From an uncultured bacterium (GTDB lineage Bacteria; Deinococcota; Deinococci; Deinococcales; Trueperaceae), in the NCBI GenBank assembly GCA_964530905.1, contig CAZHCI010000001.1:14995-73688 (forward strand): a stretch of 58,694 bases of DNA. Direction: 5' to 3'. The notes beneath the pieces were generated by a model. That model made no database searches and was not told the DNA's origin. It saw only the letters and a list, made by a program, of their open reading frames with translations. Numbering within the stretch: the first letter of the stretch is position 1; every line of letters starts with the position of its first letter. Made by a program: the position numbers and the translations under genes. Below, in pieces: positions 37,935 through 46,070 of the stretch.

Positions 37935-38840
37935 GTGACCGTCCCCGTTCTTTCCGGCGCCGGCTCGATCGCGCAGCCCCGTTCGCTTCGCTCGACAGCT
38001 GGCCGGCGACGGCGCCGGGCCGTGCTGCTGGTCCTGCTCGTGCTGGCCGTCGCGGGCTGGGCGTCGCTGGAGCGCGCGTCCGGGACGGAGGCGCGCGTCG
38101 CTGCGGTCGCCCGGACCGGGATCCCGGCGTCGCCCGGCGCTTGGGCCCCGGCGACGGCGTGGGTCATAGGACCCCCGACGGTCGGCGTCCAGATCGGGCA
38201 TCTGCACGCCCAGGAGCACCCCGACGAGCTCGCCGCGCTGAGGACCAGCACCGGCGGACGGGCGAACGGCGTGAACGAGGTCGACGTGAACCGCGCGGTC
38301 GCGATGGCGCTGGCAGGGCGCCTGGCGGCTGCCGGCGTGCGCGTCGAGCTCCTCGCCGCGACCGTTCCCGCCGGGTACGGTGCCGACGTGCTGATCGCGC
38401 TCCACGCCGACGCCAGCGACGATCCGTCCCGACGGGGCTACAAGAGCGCCCATCGCGAGCCCGCCCGCAACCGTCGCGAGCCGTGGCTGCGCACCCTCGT
38501 GGACGGCGCCTACCTACGGGCCGCCCCCATGCCGGACGACGCCGGCAACGTCTCGGGCGCGATGCTGGACTACTACGCGTTCGCGCACGATCGCCTGCGT
38601 CACGCCGCACGGGCGGGCACGGCGGGGCTGATCGTCGAGATGGGCTACCTGAGCCATCCGGTCGACCGGGCCTGGCTCGGCGACCCGGGCGGTCCCGCCG
38701 CGGCGATCGCCGAAGGCGTGCTGGGCTACCTCGCGGCGATCGATCGCTGGCACCCCGACCTCGCACCGAGCGACGGCGCGGCCGAACCGGCCGTGGTAGG
38801 GTCCTGGCCATGCGCGCAGTCCTCCTCGTCCTGTCCCTGA
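37935..38840 (+). CDS. N-acetylmuramoyl-L-alanine amidase (Amidase_3 family), N-terminal membrane anchor
   Basis: ORF 37884..38840 (TTG). GTG 37935 lies 6 nt after TACGCT. RRRRRAVLLVLLVLAVAGWA anchor. VGVQIGHLH..., VNEVDVNRAVAMALAGRL, LIALHADAS, GLIVEMGYLSHP. Confidence 0.8.
   Translation: MTVPVLSGAGSIAQPRSLRSTAGRRRRRAVLLVLLVLAVAGWASLERASGTEARVAAVARTGIPASPGAWAPATAWVIGPPTVGVQIGHLHAQEHPDELAALRTSTGGRANGVNEVDVNRAVAMALAGRLAAAGVRVELLAATVPAGYGADVLIALHADASDDPSRRGYKSAHREPARNRREPWLRTLVDGAYLRAAPMPDDAGNVSGAMLDYYAFAHDRLRHAARAGTAGLIVEMGYLSHPVDRAWLGDPGGPAAAIAEGVLGYLAAIDRWHPDLAPSDGAAEPAVVGSWPCAQSSSSCP
38794..38802 (+). promoter_or_regulatory. Possible internal extended -10 TGgTAGGGT, 7 nt before ATG 38810 (inside the amidase 3' end)
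   Basis: Read directly. If real, it would give the YtkA-FixG-like genes their own leaderless transcript. Confidence 0.3.
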
Positions 38841-39208
38841 CGGCACTCGTCGCGTCCTGCAGGCCGCCGGACGCCGGGTCTTCGGCGCGCGGCGCGGCGA
38901 CCTCGGACGCGGTCGCCATCACGATCGAGCTGCCGGACGAACCCGCCGTCGGCGCCGCCACGGTCACCGTCCGGGTCGACCGGGACGGCGTCGCCGCCGA
39001 AGGCGCCGAGGTCGAGATCACCGGCGACATGACGCACGCCGGCATGGTGCCGGTGATTCGCGCCGCCGACGAAGCGGCTCCGGGCGTGTACCGGGCCGAC
39101 GACGTGGTGTTCGACATGGCAGGAGATTGGATCGTCACGGCCGACGTCACGTTGCCGGACGGGTCCACCGCCCGCCAGGAAGCCGCGACCACCGTCCGCC
39201 GACCGTGA
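38810..39208 (+). CDS. YtkA/FixH-like domain lipoprotein
   Basis: ATG 38810 in ORF 38141..39208. Lipobox LVASC. ATVTVRVDRDGVAAEGAEVEITGDMTHAGMVPV...APGVYRADDVVFDMAGDWIVTADVTLPDG fits the YtkA-like Ig fold with a Met/His motif. Confidence 0.7.
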   Translation: MRAVLLVLSLTALVASCRPPDAGSSARGAATSDAVAITIELPDEPAVGAATVTVRVDRDGVAAEGAEVEITGDMTHAGMVPVIRAADEAAPGVYRADDVVFDMAGDWIVTADVTLPDGSTARQEAATTVRRP

Positions 39209-40731
39209 GTCGTCGCGTTCCGCTCCCCACCACCGGCCCGATCGCCGACCAGCCCCGCGGGCCGGATCTGTTCCGGCTTCCGGGCCTCCGTCGCTTCGTA
39301 CGCTGGCGCTACGCCCGCCTGGCGCTGCAGCTTCCGCTGCTGGCGCTGGCAGCGTTCGTGATCATTGACGGGCTCACGGGACGCCAGCTCGCACCGCGGA
39401 ACGTCGCGACGACCGCGAGCTGGCTGCACTATCGCGGGCTGGTCGTCGTCGCGCTCGCCCTCGTCGGAAACGCGTTCTGCGCCGCCTGTCCGTTGATGCT
39501 GACCCGTGGCCCGGCGAACGCCGTGAAGCGCTGGCTGCCGACCGAGCTCCGTTGGCCCTCCTGGCTGCGCAACAAGTGGCTGGTCGTCGCGTTGCTCCTC
39601 GCGGTGTTCTACAGCTACGAGGCGTTCGACCTTTGGGCCAGTCCGTGGCTCACCGCCTGGCTTGCGATCGCCTACTTCGTGGGCGCGTTCGCCGTCGACG
39701 CGCTCTTCCCCGCCGGCACGTTCTGTCGCTACGTGTGCCCGCTGGGGAACTTCAACTTCGTGTTCTCGAGCGTGTCGCCCACGCAGATCGCGGCGGCCGA
39801 TCCGGACGTGTGCCGCGCCTGCGAGCACAAGCCGTGCCTGCACGGTCGCGAGACGCGGAGCGATCGTGACGACGCTACGGGGGCGTACGCGTTCGTGGCG
39901 CCGGACGAGGTGGTGCGCCCGAACGGCGAGGGCGTGTTCCCCGGCTGCGAGACGCGCCTGTTCGTCCCCGCGATGACCTCGAACATGGACTGCACCTCGT
40001 GCATGAACTGCGTCCGGGCCTGCCCGTACGACAACGTCTCGCTGGTGCTGCGGTCCCCCGCGCGCGAGCTGTCGCGCGATCCGTGGCGACGCCGGTGGGG
40101 CCTTCCGGTGCTGGTCCTGGCGGTGCTGCTGCTGTTCTGGGGCCTGCTCAACGCGGTGGCGATGGTTCCGCCGTTCTACGACGCCGCCCAGTGGCTCGCG
40201 ACCGTGACCGGCAGCCGAAACGAGGCGTTCTTGTTGGCGCTGGTGTTCGGCGCGTTCGGCCTGGCCGGACTGGCGCTGGCCGGGGCGGGCGCGGTCGCGG
40301 CCGACCTCGCGGGCGGGGCCGGCTTCGCGCCCCGCAGAGCGCTGCTGCGCTGGGGCTACGTGTTCGTGGCGCTTGGGTTCGGCTTCTGGGCGGCGCACTA
40401 CCTGTTCCACTTCCTCACCGGAGCGGCGTCGATCGTGCCGGTGATGCAGCATTTCTTCGAGTATCGGGGGGCCGCGGTCGATCCCGACTGGCGGCTCGCG
40501 CGCTGGATGCCGTCGGCTTGGCTGTTCCCCGTCACGGCCGCGGTGAGCGCCGGCTACGCGCTCCTGGCCGCGTTCATCGTGGTCCGGATCGCGCTGCGCG
40601 ACTTCGGTCGGCGAGGCGTGCTCGCGATGTGGCCGATGCTGATCCTGGTCATCGGCCTGGCGGTGGTCCAGCTTCTGATCCTGGCCCAGCCGATGGAGAT
40701 GCGCGGCACCGTGCTGGGGCCGTCGTTCTGA
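39205..40731 (+). CDS. FixG/CcoG/NapH-like polytopic 4Fe-4S-binding membrane protein
   Basis: GTG 39205 overlaps the upstream stop (GTGA). CAACP and CRYVCPLGNF membrane Cys motifs. CRACEHKPC and a canonical CTSCMNCVRACP ferredoxin motif. Extra C-terminal transmembrane block containing AAHYLFHFLTG and MQHFF. Confidence 0.75.
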   Translation: MSRRVPLPTTGPIADQPRGPDLFRLPGLRRFVRWRYARLALQLPLLALAAFVIIDGLTGRQLAPRNVATTASWLHYRGLVVVALALVGNAFCAACPLMLTRGPANAVKRWLPTELRWPSWLRNKWLVVALLLAVFYSYEAFDLWASPWLTAWLAIAYFVGAFAVDALFPAGTFCRYVCPLGNFNFVFSSVSPTQIAAADPDVCRACEHKPCLHGRETRSDRDDATGAYAFVAPDEVVRPNGEGVFPGCETRLFVPAMTSNMDCTSCMNCVRACPYDNVSLVLRSPARELSRDPWRRRWGLPVLVLAVLLLFWGLLNAVAMVPPFYDAAQWLATVTGSRNEAFLLALVFGAFGLAGLALAGAGAVAADLAGGAGFAPRRALLRWGYVFVALGFGFWAAHYLFHFLTGAASIVPVMQHFFEYRGAAVDPDWRLARWMPSAWLFPVTAAVSAGYALLAAFIVVRIALRDFGRRGVLAMWPMLILVIGLAVVQLLILAQPMEMRGTVLGPSF

Positions 40732-41489
40732 TGCCGTCGCGTCGGCGCCGGACGACAGCGCTGTGGGCAGCGGCTCGTGGGGCGGCGGCTCTCGGGGCGG
40801 CGGCGCTGGCGAGCGCCGCCTGGTCGCTGGGCCCGCTCGCGGCGGCGCAGGAGGCGCCGCACGCGGTCGGACCGCCCCCGTGCGCCTACCAGGACGCCCC
40901 CGCCCGGATCCATCCGGAGGGCGACGGACGCTGGACGGTGCTGGACACCGTGTTCGCGCTGCCCGAGACCTGGGCGCCGGACGACCTGGTGCCGGCCCGC
41001 GAGGCCGGGTTCGACGACGACCGCTCGGTTCGCGCCGTGATCGTGCCCGACCTTCGCGCGCTCCGCGAGGCGGCTGAGGCGGACGGGGTTTCGCTCGCGC
41101 TGTGGTCGGCCTTCCGCAGCCACGCCTACCAGGCGACGACGTTCGCGTACTGGGTCGATCGGAACGGCGAGGCCGCAGCGCTCGCGACCAGCGCCAGACC
41201 GGGGCACTCCGAGCATCAGCTGGGCACCGCCGTGGACCTCGGCAGCCTGGAAGGGCCGGCCCCGTGGGACGTCGAGGATTGGGCCGTCACGGCGGAGGGA
41301 GCGTGGATGCAGCGCAACGGCTGGCGGTTCGGCTTCGTGGCCAGCTACCCGCGCGGTGCCGAGGAGCTGAGCTGCTACGCCTACGAGCCGTGGCACTGGA
41401 GGTGGATCGGCCGCGAGCTCGCGGCCGTCGTGCACGCGCGCGGCGCCCTGCCTCGCGACGTGTTGTGGGAGGTGTCGCATGCGCCCTGA
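40731..41489 (+). CDS. M15B (VanY-like) D-alanyl-D-alanine carboxypeptidase, secreted
   Basis: ATG 40731 shares one base with the upstream stop. Signal peptide, then SAFRSHAYQ, ARPGHSEHQLGTAVDL and YEPWHWRW zinc-ligand motifs. Confidence 0.85.
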   Translation: MPSRRRRTTALWAAARGAAALGAAALASAAWSLGPLAAAQEAPHAVGPPPCAYQDAPARIHPEGDGRWTVLDTVFALPETWAPDDLVPAREAGFDDDRSVRAVIVPDLRALREAAEADGVSLALWSAFRSHAYQATTFAYWVDRNGEAAALATSARPGHSEHQLGTAVDLGSLEGPAPWDVEDWAVTAEGAWMQRNGWRFGFVASYPRGAEELSCYAYEPWHWRWIGRELAAVVHARGALPRDVLWEVSHAP

Positions 41490-42087
41490 TTCCGCCGAGC
41501 CTCGCCGCTCGGCTCCGTCCGTCCGCCGCCTGTGGCGCGTCGCCTCGACGCTGGTGGCGTGGAGCGGCGTGGCCGTCGCGCTGGCCCACGCCACGATCGT
41601 GTTCGGCACGGTCTCGAGCGAGCCGACCCCCGTACGCGCGGGCCAGCCCGCCGCCCTCCTGCTCGAGATGCGCGATCCCGTCGACGCGCCGGTGGAGGAC
41701 GCCATCGTGTTCGTCGAGGCTCGCCCGCGAAGCGGCGAGCCGGTGCTCGAGAGCGACCGATTCGCGGAGATCCGCCCGGGCGTGTACCGCACCGAGCTGG
41801 TCCTGCCCGAACGGGGCGAGTGGACGTTCCTGTTCCGCGACCAGACGTTCCGCCAGGAGGAGGCCCAGGCGACGATCACCCTGAACGTGGGCCCCGACGG
41901 CGACACGGAGACGCGCTCGTTCATCTTTCCCCCGACCGCGACGGGCCCCACCGGCCTGACCACCTGGCTGGTCTGGCTGATCGGGCTGCCGCTGGTCGCA
42001 GGCCTGGTCGTGACGGTGATGGTTCTCCGTGGCGGTCCCAGCGCGCCGGACGGCGGCAAAAGCGGCGCGGGAGGACCACCGGCGTGA
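41479..42087 (+). CDS. Secreted YtkA/FixH/CopC-like beta-sandwich protein with a C-terminal membrane anchor
   Basis: 202 aa with a GGGAGG RBS. Signal peptide ends ...GVAVALA/HATIV. Core RPGVYRTELVLPERGEWTFLFRD parallels the 38810 protein. C-terminal TM LTTWLVWLIGLPLVAGLVVTVMVL. Confidence 0.6.
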   Translation: MRPDSAEPRRSAPSVRRLWRVASTLVAWSGVAVALAHATIVFGTVSSEPTPVRAGQPAALLLEMRDPVDAPVEDAIVFVEARPRSGEPVLESDRFAEIRPGVYRTELVLPERGEWTFLFRDQTFRQEEAQATITLNVGPDGDTETRSFIFPPTATGPTGLTTWLVWLIGLPLVAGLVVTVMVLRGGPSAPDGGKSGAGGPPA

Positions 42088-42815
42088 GCCTTCTGACGCA
42101 GACCTCGGGCACGATCGTGAACGTCGTCGCGGTGCTGCTGGGCTCGTCGCTGGGGCTGCTGCTGCGGGGGCGGCTGCCTGCGCGGACGGTGACCGTCGTG
42201 ATGCAGGCCATCGGGTTGACCACGGTGTTCATCGGCATCGGCTCGGCGCTGGACCTGACCCGGGTCGACGCGCCCCCTGGCGTGATCGTGGCGTTGCTCG
42301 GCCTGGCCGCGGGCGGGGCGCTGGGCGAGGCGCTGCGCATCGAGGAGGGCCTCGAGCGGATCGGCGAGCGTCTGAAGCGACGGTTCCGCGGCACCGGCCG
42401 CTTCACCGAAGGGTTCGTCGCGGCCACCCTGCTCTTCTGCGTGGGACCCCTCACGCTCCTCGGCTCGATACAGAACGGGCTCGTCGGCGATCCCGGCTTC
42501 CTGCTGCTCAAGAGCGCCCTCGACGGGCTTTCGTCGCTCGCGCTCGCCACGACGTTCGGCGTGGGCGTGATGGCGTCGGCGATCGTGATCGCCGTGTACC
42601 AGGGCGGGCTGTCGCTGGGCGCCGGTCTGTTGACCCAGTGGCTGCCCGATCCCGCCAACGACCCCAGGGTCCTGCTCGTCAACGGGGTGGGCGGCCTGAT
42701 GATCATCGGTCTCGGCCTGGGCCTGCTCGAGATCGTGCGCGTGCGCGTGGCCAGCATGTTGCCGGCGCTCCTGCTGGTCGTGCCGCTCTGGGCACTGCTG
42801 GGCTTGGCGTTCTAG
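42084..42815 (+). CDS. DUF554-family membrane protein
   Basis: GTG 42084 overlaps the upstream stop (GTGA), with a GGGAGGA RBS. GTIVNVVAVLLGSSLGLLLRGRLP...GFVAATLLFCVGPLTLLGSIQNGL is typical of DUF554 (YdfK/YqgA-like). Confidence 0.75.
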   Translation: MSLLTQTSGTIVNVVAVLLGSSLGLLLRGRLPARTVTVVMQAIGLTTVFIGIGSALDLTRVDAPPGVIVALLGLAAGGALGEALRIEEGLERIGERLKRRFRGTGRFTEGFVAATLLFCVGPLTLLGSIQNGLVGDPGFLLLKSALDGLSSLALATTFGVGVMASAIVIAVYQGGLSLGAGLLTQWLPDPANDPRVLLVNGVGGLMIIGLGLGLLEIVRVRVASMLPALLLVVPLWALLGLAF

Positions 42816-42839
42816 CCGGCGTGGCGTCCTAGCCGGCGT
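42806..42839. repeat. Tandem 17-bp repeat GGCGT(T/C)CTAGCCGGCGT x2 between convergent DUF554 and TetR genes
   Basis: Read directly. The CTAG core of each copy provides one gene's stop codon. Confidence 0.8.
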
Positions 42840-43449
42840 CGCGCTCGTCGCTCGGGTCGTCCGCGCCGCCGCGGGTCCGTAGGCCGGTCCACCACACGTC
42901 GATCATCTCGCGGGCCATGTCACGGGCAGGCCGCGTCGCGCCCTCGACCGTGACGGCGTGGTCGATCGCCTCGATGGTCGCCAGGAACGTTCCCGCCAGC
43001 AGCATCGGATCGGCCGCGCGCGTCTCGCCGCGCTCCGCGGCCGACGCGAACGCGGCCCGCAGCGGCTCGAGCAGCGCGCGGTACGCCAACGCGCGGAGCC
43101 GGTCCGTGTGCTCGGGCGACGCGACCGCCATGTCGCTGCGGACCATCCGGAACAGGTCGACGAGGGGCTGACCGAGAAGCCAGTCGGCCACGGCGTGAAG
43201 CGCGTCGGGGAGCGACGCCGCATCGGAGACGGCGGCCTCCATCGCGCGTCGATGACGCTCCATGCTCCGTTCGACCACCTGGACGTAGAGGTCCTGCTTC
43301 CCGGCGGGAGCGTGGTAGTACAGCGACGCCTGGCGGATGCCGAGCTGCCGCGCGATGTCGCGCATCGTCACGCCGGCGAAGCCGTGCCGGGCGAACAGCT
43401 CCTCGGCGGCGTGCAACACCCGTTCGCGTGCGGGGCTCGCCTGGTCCAC
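42829..43449 (-). CDS. TetR-family transcriptional regulator
   Basis: 206 aa. HTH RERVLHAAEELFARHGFAGVTMRDIARQLGIRQASLYYHAP. GTG lies 6 nt after TATCAT. Confidence 0.88.
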   Translation of the reverse strand: MDQASPARERVLHAAEELFARHGFAGVTMRDIARQLGIRQASLYYHAPAGKQDLYVQVVERSMERHRRAMEAAVSDAASLPDALHAVADWLLGQPLVDLFRMVRSDMAVASPEHTDRLRALAYRALLEPLRAAFASAAERGETRAADPMLLAGTFLATIEAIDHAVTVEGATRPARDMAREMIDVWWTGLRTRGGADDPSDERDAG

Positions 43450-43455
43450 CGCCGC

Positions 43456-43461
43456 ATGATA
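43456..43461 (-). promoter_or_regulatory. -10 box TATCAT, 6 nt before the TetR GTG
   Basis: Read directly. Confidence 0.4.
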
Positions 43462-43519
43462 GCCGCCCGCACGCCCGGCGACCGCCGTCCCCGACCCGAT
43501 TCGGGCTGCCGCCGAGGCG

Positions 43520-43528
43520 TGCTAGCCT
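43520..43528 (+). promoter_or_regulatory. Extended -10 TGcTAGCCT, 6 nt before the gatC ATG
   Basis: Read directly. Confidence 0.45.
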
Positions 43529-43534
43529 TCCGGC

Positions 43535-43831
43535 ATGAACGTCGACGACCACGAGCTGGCGCACCTCGCCCGACTGGCCCGGCTGCGACTCGACGAGGCG
43601 GAGCGGGAGCGCCTCCGCGGCGATCTGGAGCGCGTGCTGGCCCACCTCGGCGAGCTCACGAGCATCGACGTCGACGGCCTCGAGCCGATGCTGCGTCCCG
43701 TCCACGTCGAGGACGGGACGCGCAGCGACGTCGTGCGCCCCGGGCTGGCCGCGGATCGCGCCAGGTCCCAGGCCCGTGCGCAGCTCGACGAGTTCGTCCG
43801 CGTCCCCCGCACCGGCGGTGACGACGGCTGA
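43535..43831 (+). CDS. gatC: Asp-tRNA(Asn)/Glu-tRNA(Gln) amidotransferase subunit C
   Basis: 98 aa. ELAHLARLARLRLDEAERERLRGDLERVLAHLGELTSIDVDGLEP. Confidence 0.88.
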   Translation: MNVDDHELAHLARLARLRLDEAERERLRGDLERVLAHLGELTSIDVDGLEPMLRPVHVEDGTRSDVVRPGLAADRARSQARAQLDEFVRVPRTGGDDG

Positions 43832-43873
43832 GCCCGGCGTGCCCCGCGGCGACCCCGACGGCGCCGCCCGGCC

Positions 43874-45151
43874 TCAGGCCAGCGGCTCCGACCCCAGGTA
43901 CGGCTCCAGCGCCTCGGGCACCATCACGCCGCCCGTCTCGAGCTGGTACGTCTCGACGACGGCGGCGACGGTCCGCGGCAACGCCAGCGCGCTTCCGTTC
44001 AGGGTGTGGACCAGCGTGGTCTTGCCGCTTCCGGACGGCCCGCCGGGACGCGCCCGCGTCTTCAGGCGTCGCGCCTGGAAATCGGTCATCGTGCTGATGC
44101 TGCTCACCTCGAGCCAGCGCTCCTGTCCGGGGCTCCACACCTCGAGGTCGTACTTCTTCGCCTGCGTGAAGCCCATGTCGGCCGTGCACATCAGCAGCCG
44201 GCGGTACGTGAGGCCCAGCGCGTCCAGCATCGCCTCCGCCAGCTCCGTCATCTCCTCGAGCATCGCGTAGCCCGCGTCCGGCTCCGTGAACGCCACCATC
44301 TCGACCTTGTCGAACTGGTGGACCCGGTTCAGGCCGCGGACCTCCTTGCCGTAGCTTCCCGCCTCGCGACGGAAGCAAGGGGTGGACGCGCAGTAGCGGA
44401 CGGGCAGCGAGCCGGTGTCGAGGATCTCGTCGCGGTGCAGGTTCGTGACCGCGACCTCGGACGTCGGGATCAGGTACAGGCCGTCCTCGACCCGGTACAT
44501 CTGCCCCTCCTTGTCGGGCAGCTGCCCGGTCGCCGTCGCGCTCGCCTCGTTCGCGAGCAGCGGCACGCGAACCTCGGCGAAGCCCGCCTGCGCGAGCCGA
44601 TCCAGGAAGAACCGCTCGAGCGCGCCGAACAGGCGCACCCCGTTCCGCCGCACGACGGGGAACCCGGCGCCGGCGATCTTCGTGCCGGCCTCGAGGTCCA
44701 GCCAGCCGAGCGACGCCATCGTGTCCCAGTGCGGTCGGACGCCTCCGACCGGGGCGGTTCCCGGGCGCTCGTGCACCACGACGTTGTCGTGCTCGCTCTC
44801 GCCCAGCGGAACGCTCTCGTGCGGAAGGTTCGGGATCTCGAGGTGGAGCCGCTCGATCCGTTCGCGCAGCGCGCGCTCGCGCTCCTCGAGGCGCTTCACC
44901 TCGCTCGACAGCCCGCCCATGGCCCGGATCAGCTCGGACGCGTCCTCGCCGGTCCGCTTGAGCTCGCCGATGCGCTTGCTGTCGGCGTTGCGGCGAGCCT
45001 GCTTCGCCTCGAGCTCCTGTCGCAGCAGGCGGTGCTCCTCGTCGGCCAGGAGCAGGTCGTCCAGCGCCGCCTCGGCGCCGTCGATTCGCTTGGCACGAAC
45101 GCCCCGTCGGACGTCCTCGGGATGGTCTCGCAGAAGCGTGGGATCGAGCAT
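43874..45151 (-). CDS. serS: Serine--tRNA ligase
   Basis: 425 aa with an N-terminal coiled-coil arm and class II motifs (FRREAGSYGKEVRGLNRVHQFDKVE, GSALALPR). Confidence 0.94.
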   Translation of the reverse strand: MLDPTLLRDHPEDVRRGVRAKRIDGAEAALDDLLLADEEHRLLRQELEAKQARRNADSKRIGELKRTGEDASELIRAMGGLSSEVKRLEERERALRERIERLHLEIPNLPHESVPLGESEHDNVVVHERPGTAPVGGVRPHWDTMASLGWLDLEAGTKIAGAGFPVVRRNGVRLFGALERFFLDRLAQAGFAEVRVPLLANEASATATGQLPDKEGQMYRVEDGLYLIPTSEVAVTNLHRDEILDTGSLPVRYCASTPCFRREAGSYGKEVRGLNRVHQFDKVEMVAFTEPDAGYAMLEEMTELAEAMLDALGLTYRRLLMCTADMGFTQAKKYDLEVWSPGQERWLEVSSISTMTDFQARRLKTRARPGGPSGSGKTTLVHTLNGSALALPRTVAAVVETYQLETGGVMVPEALEPYLGSEPLA

Positions 45152-45204
45152 GCGTCAGCGTACCCGACCGGCGCGAGGCACGGCCTCGCCGGGTACCCTG
45201 GGGC

Positions 45205-46050
45205 ATGCGCGACCTCCTGATCACCGTCCCGCACCACGCCGCGACCGTGCCGCTCGAGATCCTCGCCGAGATGCTCGCGGACGACGTCCACGACGACGTC
45301 ACGCGCCACGGGCGGCTCGAGCGGCTCCGTCGCGACGGCGACCCGAGCACCGACGACCTGTTTCGGCTGCCGGGCGCGCGCTTCGTGACCGCCACGGTGT
45401 CGCGGTTCGTCGTGGACCTGAATCGCCGTCGCGACGACGTCGGACCGAACGGCGTCGCGAAGAGCACCGACTTCGCGCGGCGGCCGCTCTACCCGCCCGG
45501 CGGCGAGCCGGACGCGGACCGGATCGAGGCGCGGCTGCGTCGCTACTACGACCCGTTCCACGCCCAGGTGCGACGCGAGGTCGAGCGCGAGCGGCCCCTC
45601 GCCATCGTGGACGGCCACAGCATGGCGGCCGACGGTCCGGCGCTCGGTCCCGACGCGGGCCGGCCCCGACCGGCCGCGTCGCTCATCACCGGCGGGGGTC
45701 CGGACGGCGAGCCGGTGGACGGGCCGGTCAGCCTGCCCGGAGCCGCGGCCCGCGCCCTCGCCGCGGCGCTCGAGGCGGCGCTCGCGGCGCGCCTGCCGCT
45801 GGGCCGCGACGGCGAGCCGCGCGGGGTACGGATCAACGATCCGTTCGCGCACGGCGAGATCCAGCGGCGCTACGGCGCGTCGGGCGACGGGAGCGACGTG
45901 CCGACCGTGTCGATCGAGATCCACCGCGGCCTGTTCGAGGATTCGGACGCCCGGCCGCGCCCCGAGCGGATCGAGCGGATCCGCGAGGCGATCGGCGAGG
46001 CGCTGCAGGTCGTGCGGCCGCACCTCGAAGGGGCGGCGTCGCAGCGGTAG
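45205..46050 (+). CDS. N-formylglutamate amidohydrolase-family protein
   Basis: 281 aa. ITVPHHA..., RFVVDLNR, IVDGHSM and SIEIHRGL fit the FGase (PF05013-type) fold. The physiological substrate is unknown. Confidence 0.7.
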   Translation: MRDLLITVPHHAATVPLEILAEMLADDVHDDVTRHGRLERLRRDGDPSTDDLFRLPGARFVTATVSRFVVDLNRRRDDVGPNGVAKSTDFARRPLYPPGGEPDADRIEARLRRYYDPFHAQVRREVERERPLAIVDGHSMAADGPALGPDAGRPRPAASLITGGGPDGEPVDGPVSLPGAAARALAAALEAALAARLPLGRDGEPRGVRINDPFAHGEIQRRYGASGDGSDVPTVSIEIHRGLFEDSDARPRPERIERIREAIGEALQVVRPHLEGAASQR

Positions 46051-46070
46051 CCGCGATCGGCGCCCGCTCG

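Noticed and set aside
39205-40731. FixG-like gene as evidence of a nitrogen-fixation or cbb3-oxidase maturation locus.
   Set aside because: No fixI/ccoI, fixS, ccoNOQP or nif genes are nearby. Only the protein fold family is shared.
43535-43831. gatC standing alone without gatA/gatB as a sign of gene loss or a pseudo-operon.
   Set aside because: The ORF is intact with its own promoter. Dispersed gatCAB genes are common, and absence from this window says nothing about the rest of the genome.
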